Source of the DNA: a virus
Lineage: Duplodnaviria > Caudoviricetes
Length of the DNA stretch: 38,684 bases
Reading direction: 5' to 3' (one strand)
Virus record (IMG/VR): IMGVR_UViG_3300031965_000086
Span: 1 to 38,684 of that record
The notes below the pieces were generated by a model, which saw only the letters and a list, made by a program, of their open reading frames with translations, ran no database searches and was not told where the DNA came from. The position numbers and the translations under genes are program-made. Shown piece by piece: positions 29,540 to 36,404 of this stretch (position 1 is the first letter of the stretch; each line of letters opens with the position of its first letter).

Positions 29540-30028
29540 TTACGCTCTAGTTTCTCTAAACTCTTTATAGTACTCTTTAGCATGTGGCTTACACATCCAA
29601 GTAAAGCTTTCCCTATTACCTATCTCAGTTGCTACACATGACGCCTTTAAGCTACCGCATTCAACACATGGTTCTGACTTGATGTTATTTTTTGCAATGT
29701 AGTACTTCACTTTCTTCCTAGTTAGTTCTAGCTGGTAGCACGGTGTATTCTGTTCTTTTGCTAATCTTCTTAGGTTCCTATTTTGTTGGTTTACTTTATC
29801 TTTGTTAGCCGCACGCCATATTTTACGTGCCGCATTTGTTTGATTCTTATGAGTTGCTAGATACTCACGGCGTTGCGCCTTTTTACGAGCAATGGTTGCT
29901 TGTTTCTTTATGGCCTTGACTTCGTCTTTACAATACTCGCAGATATAGTTATGCCTTTTCATATATCGAATATCGTCTAGATTGGTGTATATCTCCTCGC
30001 AGTGTCCACATTGTAGTTGTTTTGTCAT
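29540..30028 (-). CDS. Basic Zn-binding protein with a degenerate HNH-like C-terminus
   Basis: CxxC pairs; PCVECG...WMCKPH without the usual HH. Confidence 0.6.
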   Translation of the reverse strand: MTKQLQCGHCEEIYTNLDDIRYMKRHNYICEYCKDEVKAIKKQATIARKKAQRREYLATHKNQTNAARKIWRAANKDKVNQQNRNLRRLAKEQNTPCYQLELTRKKVKYYIAKNNIKSEPCVECGSLKASCVATEIGNRESFTWMCKPHAKEYYKEFRETRA

Positions 30029-30142
30029 GTGCTATTATATCTTAACTTAGAGAAAGGATTCCTTCTTATGAAGATGTGGAACAAGTAATTTGATGCCGAT
30101 CTGGTTCAATTATCTCTCCTTAGTCCCGTTTCTCTTTAGTAT

Positions 30143-30169
30143 ACCCCGTCGAATTGGCGGGGTTTCTTT
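30143..30169 (+). terminator. Intrinsic terminator (antisense direction)
   Basis: ACCCCGTC-GAATT-GGCGGGGT-TTCTTT. Confidence 0.7.
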
Positions 30170-30174
30170 GTGTT

Positions 30175-30405
30175 TTAATCGTCATAAAGATCTCTCTGCG
30201 ATTTGATATTTGGTCTATCCTTAATTTTAAGAACTTTGTGTTTAATGAACAAACCTAGTGCGAAGGTATAAAGCGCCCAAATAATATACAAGAACCCAAT
30301 TGCAATCTTTGCTGGTATTCTACGAGGATCTCTCCTAGTCATTACAGACATTACTATTATGCAAATTGCGATTAGACTAATTGTTGCTATCAATATTTCA
30401 ATCAC
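30175..30405 (-). CDS. Two-TM membrane protein
   Basis: Hydrophobic helices. Confidence 0.65.
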   Translation of the reverse strand: MIEILIATISLIAICIIVMSVMTRRDPRRIPAKIAIGFLYIIWALYTFALGLFIKHKVLKIKDRPNIKSQRDLYDD

Positions 30406-30893
30406 TACTTAATAAATATACTTAAATAAGATGGTTGTTTGTCTAGGTTACTGATACCTAGATCCTTCGCCATTTCATGGATCCTTTCTCGCACCAAGGC
30501 CCCATCAACATAATCCTCAAACAAAGCCTCGATCTCTGCAAAGTAATGCTGTACACCATCTACTTCTATCGAGTCTACCATTAGACCGAACTCGCCATCT
30601 ACGCCTATTCTACTAATTATTCTGTTTTTTAAAATCATTGTATACGGTAAATTAGTCTCTACTCGCTCACCGTTATCCCATGATTTATTCTCAAATTCTA
30701 CGCTTTCTACGAAGCCCTTGATCCTTAGACGGTCGAAGTCAAACCCCTTAGTGCCGTCCCCTTTGTCTGCACGCTTAATGTTAAAGATAACATCTGTAAG
30801 AGTCTCGAGCTCACCCTCAACAGTTCGGTAAAGCTTGTCGTATTCCTTTTTAGTTAGCTTGTATTTGTTTTCTACTTCAATCATTTGATTCAT
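30405..30893 (-). CDS. CYTH/triphosphate tunnel metalloenzyme-like protein
   Basis: N-terminal EVENK (ExExK), RLR, E.E, FAEIE, C-terminal SY. Confidence 0.78.
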   Translation of the reverse strand: MNQMIEVENKYKLTKKEYDKLYRTVEGELETLTDVIFNIKRADKGDGTKGFDFDRLRIKGFVESVEFENKSWDNGERVETNLPYTMILKNRIISRIGVDGEFGLMVDSIEVDGVQHYFAEIEALFEDYVDGALVRERIHEMAKDLGISNLDKQPSYLSIFIK

Positions 30894-31068
30894 TTAAAAA
30901 GTTATAGCAATCAACAGTTGCACTCATCGTGCCAATGGCAACAATAATACTAATCAACAAAGCTATAAGCTGTGAGCTTATAATCTCATATATATTGTTG
31001 AAATAAATCACTGTTAACATTATAAATATAAGTACTAGATATAAACTGGCTAATATTCTAAGCGTCAT
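30877..31068 (-). CDS. Two-TM membrane protein
   Basis: Hydrophobic sequence. Confidence 0.6.
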   Translation of the reverse strand: MTLRILASLYLVLIFIMLTVIYFNNIYEIISSQLIALLISIIVAIGTMSATVDCYNFLNESND

Positions 31069-31158
31069 GATTCGAAGTCATTAGATAAATAAGATTTGGT
31101 CAATGTTATTCTAGTTGTAATGTTTGGGGTGCAGTGTTTCTACACCCCGTTTGTATCT

Positions 31159-31398
31159 CTACGAATGCAGAGATTGTAAATAATTTGCCCGAGCCTCGAA
31201 CAACTGATCGGCTGTGCTAGTTAGCACGGAAATTGCATTCACATGCATGACTTCGCCAGCTACGCGGTTAAACAGATCATCATATTCTAAAGTGATGTCT
31301 GCGGCGTTGGTGAACACCATTTGACCGCCTAAAAATGCATCCAGATCGCGCTGTAAGCTCTCTGGTAGTCCGTTACTTGTTCGCGTTGACAACTTCAA
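31159..31398 (-). CDS. Hypothetical protein
   Basis: Operon context. Confidence 0.55.
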   Translation of the reverse strand: MKLSTRTSNGLPESLQRDLDAFLGGQMVFTNAADITLEYDDLFNRVAGEVMHVNAISVLTSTADQLFEARANYLQSLHS

Positions 31399-31684
31399 AC
31401 CTCCCGTCTAAATCACTAACATCACCGCCTGAAATAACGATTCCAAAAGCCATACGTTTGAACGCCGGCACGACAAAGCTGTGTTGGATAGATGCGATAA
31501 CGCCAGGACGGTAATCGTCGCGGCATTGCCATAACACCCAGTTATTTGCTTTGTGAAGGTCTGTAAGGGTGTGGATTTCGTGCACCTTTTCACCATACAT
31601 AAACCTTCCCTGTTCGAACATTGTGACCGCATCCCTTTGTTTATCGGTCATTTCTGAACGTAAAACACTATTGAACTCTGGCAT
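31373..31684 (-). CDS. Hypothetical protein
   Basis: First ORF after the structured RNA region. Confidence 0.65.
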   Translation of the reverse strand: MPEFNSVLRSEMTDKQRDAVTMFEQGRFMYGEKVHEIHTLTDLHKANNWVLWQCRDDYRPGVIASIQHSFVVPAFKRMAFGIVISGGDVSDLDGRFEVVNANK

Positions 31685-31728
31685 TTTAAAGATCCTCTAT
31701 TGTATAAACGATTTGAGCTTAATCGCTC

Positions 31729-31886
31729 AATGAGCTACGTCACGACCGGACTCGAACCGGTGACTCCTAAGCTAGATTCATATATACGGGTAATTACTCC
31801 CTTCAATTTATCTAATACCCAGGCGGCGTGTCCAACTCCCCCACGTGATACCTATTGACTAGTATATAGGTGCACCGTAGCTCATT
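31729..31886 (-). ncRNA. tRNA-like structured RNA with enlarged anticodon arm, enclosed in an 11-bp outer stem
   Basis: TCACG/CGTGA acceptor, GGGG-AGTTGGACA-CGCC D-arm, AGTC variable loop, ACCGG-TTCGAGT-CCGGT T-arm, 58-nt arm in place of the anticodon arm. Confidence 0.7.
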
Positions 31887-32056
31887 CAATTATCAAGTAC
31901 TCTATCATCCCCGCAAATCTGCGGGAATCTTATAGTTATATTAATATTGTCAATTCGTATAACAATATTATTCTTACTGGTTAATACTTTCTAACTTATC
32001 TCAAATATATTTTCAAAGGCTATGATTATATAACTAACGACTGTTTATCAATTTGC

Positions 32057-32285
32057 GGCTGTTACATAGCTATTGACCAGCTACCAACGATTCCCAGCTT
32101 ATTGTTACATGGCTGCTACATAGAGGCTTTACACCCTATTGGCTGCGCTTATGGAGCAGCTCGCCCCTTCTATCATAAGGCTCCATGTATACTTCGGCTA
32201 ATAACAGCCTGTAGTACTATGTGCCATGGACATTACTCCAATCTGTTTCTAAGCACTACATAAGTTACGCCCGTAGACGTAACCT
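32057..32285 (-). ncRNA. Unidentified multi-stem structured RNA
   Basis: c(UACG)g hairpin; TGTAGTGCT/AGTACTACA; GGCTGTTAT/GTAACAGCC enclosing TACATGG/CCATGTA and inner hairpins. Confidence 0.6.
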
Positions 32286-32293
32286 AGTAAAGC

Positions 32294-33082
32294 TCAATCT
32301 AGCGGCTTTAAATCTTTGACCGCAGCTTTGAACTCATTTTTATTATACTTCTGACCGCCAACTTCTATTGTTTCCATAGCATCCGATTTCTGTTCTACAT
32401 TGATTCCTGTAATTACCTTAAATATATCTGCGTCAAATTCTGGTAGTGATTTAATATAGTCAATAGCAGCTTGTGGCATATCCTTCCAAGCCTCTAGTGG
32501 TTCTACGTCGTTACTTAATATTGAAGCTATATTTGAGGCATCGAAGCCACCCTTCCACGAGTTATTATTAGCTATGTACAAAGTGTATGCATTATTAAAC
32601 TTAGGGAACCAGCCATCTAGATGTTCATGCAATTTTCCCCAAACCTCATCAAATCTATACTCATTAACATTAGCTCCAAATATAGAAAACGTACGCTCTT
32701 TATTTGCTAAAAAGATAGCTTTATCTACACCGTAGCTATTAAAGACACCGTAGCTATTAAAGACACCGTCAGACCCGTTCACACCGTTAGACCAGTTCAC
32801 ACCGTTAGACCAGTTCACACCGTCAGACCCGTTCACACCGTTAGACCCGTTCACACCGTTAGACCCGTTCACACCGTTAGACCTGTTCACACCGTCAGAC
32901 CAGTTCACACCGTTAGACCCGTTCACACCGTCAGACCCGTTCACACCGTCAGACCCGTTCACACCGTCAGACCAGTTCACACCGTTAGACCAGTTCACAC
33001 CGTTAGACCAGTTCACACCGTCAGACCAGTTCACACCGTCAGACCCGTTCACGCCGTTAGAGTTAATAATATTTTCTGCCAT
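32294..33082 (-). CDS. Hexapeptide-repeat (beta-solenoid) phage protein
   Basis: S(N/D)GVN(G/W) repeats followed by a C-terminal AW......I.SLPEFDA.IF..ITGI domain. Confidence 0.85.
   Translation of the reverse strand: MAENIINSNGVNGSDGVNWSDGVNWSNGVNWSNGVNWSDGVNGSDGVNGSDGVNGSNGVNWSDGVNRSNGVNGSNGVNGSNGVNGSDGVNWSNGVNWSNGVNGSDGVFNSYGVFNSYGVDKAIFLANKERTFSIFGANVNEYRFDEVWGKLHEHLDGWFPKFNNAYTLYIANNNSWKGGFDASNIASILSNDVEPLEAWKDMPQAAIDYIKSLPEFDADIFKVITGINVEQKSDAMETIEVGGQKYNKNEFKAAVKDLKPLD
32720..33061 (-). repeat. 18-bp coding tandem repeat, 16 canonical + 3 degenerate units
   Basis: TCT(A/G)ACGGTGTGAAC(G/T/A)GG units. Confidence 0.95.
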
Positions 33083-33251
33083 AATTTATATACTAATAAG
33101 TAAAGCACTACGCAGGGGAGGCACTGCCCAACCTCCCCAGCCTAACGCTTAGCTTTTCTAGCACTTTGGCAAAGCAACACTATATACGCGTACGCTGCAA
33201 AGCTAACTAGTAGGATTAGAACCGCTATTGTTAGTGCTGCGAGTAGTATTG

Positions 33252-33632
33252 TCATGGTTTGATTAATTTTGGGTTTTCGTAAATATTGCCGATAACTTCA
33301 TAAAATTCTTTTTCATCTTCGTGTAGCTGAAAACAGCCCTCCACGTTGAGTCTATTTGCAGCATCACACTGATGTGTTTCCGCTTTAAAACCACATTCGA
33401 TTTCGTCATAGAATATCTCATATACTAATTCTTCTGCCTTGACCAAATCCCCTTCAAAAATCTCAATACCGTTTTTATCTTTTAAGCCTGTTGACTGCAT
33501 CCATTCAAAATTATTATAGTCCATCGAATCCCCAAGATACCCACCAGTACTATTTAAAAAATCTTTTAACTCAAATTTCCCGTCCATACTTTTTGTTTTT
33601 TTATTCCAAACTCTGAATTTAATTTCCCTCAT
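33252..33632 (-). CDS. YopX-family protein
   Basis: MREIKFRVW, MQSTGLKDKNG.EIFEGD, EVIGNIYENP. Confidence 0.93.
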   Translation of the reverse strand: MREIKFRVWNKKTKSMDGKFELKDFLNSTGGYLGDSMDYNNFEWMQSTGLKDKNGIEIFEGDLVKAEELVYEIFYDEIECGFKAETHQCDAANRLNVEGCFQLHEDEKEFYEVIGNIYENPKLIKP

Positions 33633-33708
33633 AACCTAAACAATAACTGTAAGTAAAATCGCTACCGCTAAAACAAACAATGTAATGATCGCTATTCGTA
33701 TATTGTTG

Positions 33709-33942
33709 TTATTCTCTGTCATCAGCCTTTTCACCTAATATTATGTCTCCCAATTTAATATTTTTTATACCTTTACGCCACTTCGTAAGCACTTGAAAAC
33801 CGTTCTGCTCTAATACTGCCTTAAAATCATCAAACATACTTTTATCATTCCAAATCGTTTTCTGCACTGTAGTAGAGCCCACTTTTGTTAGGTCTAACCT
33901 AGCGTCCTTAGTATTATTGTTTTCTAGTTTAGTTTGTTTCAT
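33709..33942 (-). CDS. Hypothetical protein
   Basis: Probable start MKQTKL. Confidence 0.5.
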   Translation of the reverse strand: MKQTKLENNNTKDARLDLTKVGSTTVQKTIWNDKSMFDDFKAVLEQNGFQVLTKWRKGIKNIKLGDIILGEKADDRE

Positions 33943-34144
33943 ATGATTGCAATCGTCGGCCTTGGAATTCACCTTCTACAAGTCCTTCTTGATATCCCTG
34001 CTGATACGCCATTTGCGCCTCTTGTTCGCATTTGGTTTTTATCCATTCCCACACGTATTCGACTAGCTTAGTTTCATAGAAATGATTCGGAAAATCTTCT
34101 GAAGCAAATTCTTTGATAAACTCGTCACGATCTTGGTTTGTCAT
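33929..34144 (-). CDS. Hypothetical protein
   Basis: AYQQGYQEG motif common in phage small ORFs. Confidence 0.6.
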   Translation of the reverse strand: MTNQDRDEFIKEFASEDFPNHFYETKLVEYVWEWIKTKCEQEAQMAYQQGYQEGLVEGEFQGRRLQSYETN

Positions 34145-34145
34145 A

Positions 34146-34667
34146 TTATATAACGTTAAGAGCTTTTAAAATTCTTTCTTCTCCTACAGCTTCTAGTGCT
34201 GCTTGTGCGGCTGCTTGTGATTCAAAAGGAACTGGAATTGCACCTATGCCACCATCGTATATATCCACATGACATTCTTTGCTGTTTCGATCAAATTCAA
34301 TGTACCAAACATCACCATCATCCTTATTCAGCTCCCAGTTAACACCTGGCTGATGTTCAACAAGTCGCAGTACTGTAGCGATCTCTGCCATGCGCTCAGC
34401 CCTGGCTCTACCTTCGGCGGTGTCTGGGTAGTAGTTGCCGACTTCGTGTCGCTGTTTATCAAAACGACACCCTATTTCAGAACTGTTCGATATTTTGCCA
34501 ATTGTGTCTATTAACAAATGTTCAGCACCTATTTTCGCCCTAAACCTCTCCGCCTTCGGCTTGTTTAAATCAGTTATATGTTGCTTAAGTTTCCCAATTT
34601 CTTTTTGCAGTTTGTTACTTTGGGCCGCAAGTGCTTCAATTTCTTCTTTTATTTGTTCTACTGTCAT
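34146..34667 (-). CDS. Hypothetical protein with N-terminal coiled coil
   Basis: D..R...GNYY, F.S...A..A. Confidence 0.7.
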   Translation of the reverse strand: MTVEQIKEEIEALAAQSNKLQKEIGKLKQHITDLNKPKAERFRAKIGAEHLLIDTIGKISNSSEIGCRFDKQRHEVGNYYPDTAEGRARAERMAEIATVLRLVEHQPGVNWELNKDDGDVWYIEFDRNSKECHVDIYDGGIGAIPVPFESQAAAQAALEAVGEERILKALNVI

Positions 34668-34684
34668 GTTGGTTTAAGTAAAAG

Positions 34685-35278
34685 TTAATCTTGCATCTCT
34701 TGATGTAATTTTCTCATCTTCATATCTAGTACGGCGAATTCTTCTGTTAATTGTTTGATCATTTCCGGCTCCTTGGCTTTTTTTAGTTTAACTTCTAGCG
34801 CAAATTGCTGCCTCTTAAACTCAACAGCTTGTGCTATTTGTGGGTTAACCGGCTCACTGCCCATTTTTACAGCTGCACCGTTTTTAGGGCTACTACCTTT
34901 TGATTTTTGCCCCTTCTTTACTTCTACTGCCTTCTTAGAGTTGCCCATCTTTAATGCGCCGACAACCTTACCGCAAAACTGGCATATAAAGTCATTCTTA
35001 TCTTTACTCCAATACGTAGCGCTGTGGCTACAAGTTTTTTTCTTTTTCCCTGTTGATTTCATTTTTGAAATATTAATATTGTGTTTGATCATTAAACCGT
35101 TGTCATAAGCCCATTGCGGGTTAGCGTGTACCTCCCTGTGGCAAGTTGTACAAAGCCAGATGCATTCGCTTGAATATCTACGCCCAGCGATATGGTGCTG
35201 TACTATAGTATTGCTTTCTAAATTACACACAAAACATTTTTGCAATGTTCCATTAAGCTTTTGATTGTAAAAATGCAT
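34685..35278 (-). CDS. HNH-domain protein with extra Zn finger and coiled coil
   Basis: CFVC...QHHI.GR...LCTTCH..VH; CSH...CQFCG. Confidence 0.75.
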   Translation of the reverse strand: MHFYNQKLNGTLQKCFVCNLESNTIVQHHIAGRRYSSECIWLCTTCHREVHANPQWAYDNGLMIKHNINISKMKSTGKKKKTCSHSATYWSKDKNDFICQFCGKVVGALKMGNSKKAVEVKKGQKSKGSSPKNGAAVKMGSEPVNPQIAQAVEFKRQQFALEVKLKKAKEPEMIKQLTEEFAVLDMKMRKLHQEMQD

Positions 35279-35291
35279 ATTGAATAATTAA

Positions 35292-35477
35292 TCAGTCGCT
35301 AATACCTTGTCCAAAATAACACTCCTTAGACTCTGGTAACCATGTGCCGTTGTCTACATCACATCTGATTTCTGCATCGCTAGGCTGCGGTTGAATGTTT
35401 AGTATAGAGATAAACACTACAGCGGTTACAAATAAAACTAGCACAAATATTAAGCATCCAAAACTATCTTCGTCCAT
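35292..35477 (-). CDS. Small membrane-anchored protein
   Basis: TM helix followed by C...G.W......C. Confidence 0.65.
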   Translation of the reverse strand: MDEDSFGCLIFVLVLFVTAVVFISILNIQPQPSDAEIRCDVDNGTWLPESKECYFGQGISD

Positions 35478-35494
35478 AATATTATTTTTAAAAT

Positions 35495-35716
35495 TTAATT
35501 AACTACAGTTTGTTTAATGCCTTTTTGTAAGTAATCGATATGTTCCTGAGCACGTTCCAGATTTGTAAACGAAAGTTTCATTCTACCTCCCCACGGATGG
35601 GGCGGATCTAGTCGAACCCATATCCCGCTAAATATCTCAATCTTTAGTAATAGCTCTTCTATATGATATATAGTTTCATATTTATTTTCTGTTTTAACTA
35701 TTCTATATCTGTTCAT
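35495..35716 (-). CDS. Hypothetical protein
   Basis: YRIV...Y.IE...W...F...E.A...I. Confidence 0.65.
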   Translation of the reverse strand: MNRYRIVKTENKYETIYHIEELLLKIEIFSGIWVRLDPPHPWGGRMKLSFTNLERAQEHIDYLQKGIKQTVVN

Positions 35717-35994
35717 ATCATTTTTAATTAACTAATCCATGAGTCCAGTAAGTAACCTACTTTGTAGGTTTGTACGCAACCGGGCTCAGGAACTAACTAA
35801 CTAAGCTGCGGGTACTAAAAAATTATTAAAAAGTAAGTTAGTTCGTTAGCACTTTCCACCTTTTTGATTAATCCAACGTACCCGCAATTCAATTAACTAT
35901 GCTCTAATGCTACTTGCCATTACTAACGTTGCCAAAGTAATCGACATAATTAAAATAATAACAATATTAGTTGCCCAATCTTTATTTGCATTTC

Positions 35995-36129
35995 TCATAT
36001 CTTTATTCCAAGTTGAAATAATTTAGCTTTAATTTGGCTGATTTCGTAGTCAGTAGTTGCGGCTTCTAGCTTCAGGAACAATCCCTCCACTTCGCTACAC
36101 TGATCTAACTGCTCTTCTGTGTGCTGCAT
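35995..36129 (-). CDS. Hypothetical 44-aa protein
   Basis: MQHTEEQLDQCSEVEGLF...; first ORF after promoter copy 3. Confidence 0.65.
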   Translation of the reverse strand: MQHTEEQLDQCSEVEGLFLKLEAATTDYEISQIKAKLFQLGIKI

Positions 36130-36186
36130 TTGTACTTGTGTAATAATTAACTACACTAGTGTACTACTCCACAGCACCCTTGTCAA
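36130..36186 (-). promoter_or_regulatory. Sigma70-type promoter cassette, copy 3
   Basis: TTGACA(36186)-17 nt-TACACT(36163)-AGTGTAGTTAATTATTACACA. Confidence 0.8.
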
Positions 36187-36385
36187 GTAATTCTACAAAA
36201 AATCTTGCAGCTAATTTGCGCTTAGTTAGTTTAATTAATTTCTGCTTATGTAACTTTTCTAGTACTAAAGAAACATATTTTCTAGAGCAATTTGCAGCGT
36301 CAGCTGCCTTGAAAATACTCGTTGGCTCACCTTTGGCCTGCGTATCTAGATAATAGTTCAATATTGCTTTTTGCTTATCAGTCAT
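36164..36385 (-). CDS. Small winged-HTH DNA-binding protein
   Basis: T.KQ.AIL.Y...AADAANCSRKYVSLVLEKL.KQKLI. Confidence 0.75.
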   Translation of the reverse strand: MTDKQKAILNYYLDTQAKGEPTSIFKAADAANCSRKYVSLVLEKLHKQKLIKLTKRKLAARFFVELLDKGAVE

Positions 36386-36404
36386 GTGTTTAATCTAATA
36401 AAAC

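Noticed and set aside
31740-31848. Canonical tRNA gene or attachment site
   Set aside because: No 7-nt anticodon loop, imperfect acceptor, no CCA and no integrase; kept as a tRNA-like RNA
32720-33061. CRISPR array
   Set aside because: Contiguous in-frame tandem units with no spacers and no cas genes
33205-33230. Second tRNA T-loop (GGTTCTAATCC on the minus strand)
   Set aside because: No supporting cloverleaf; it lies inside a small hydrophobic ORF
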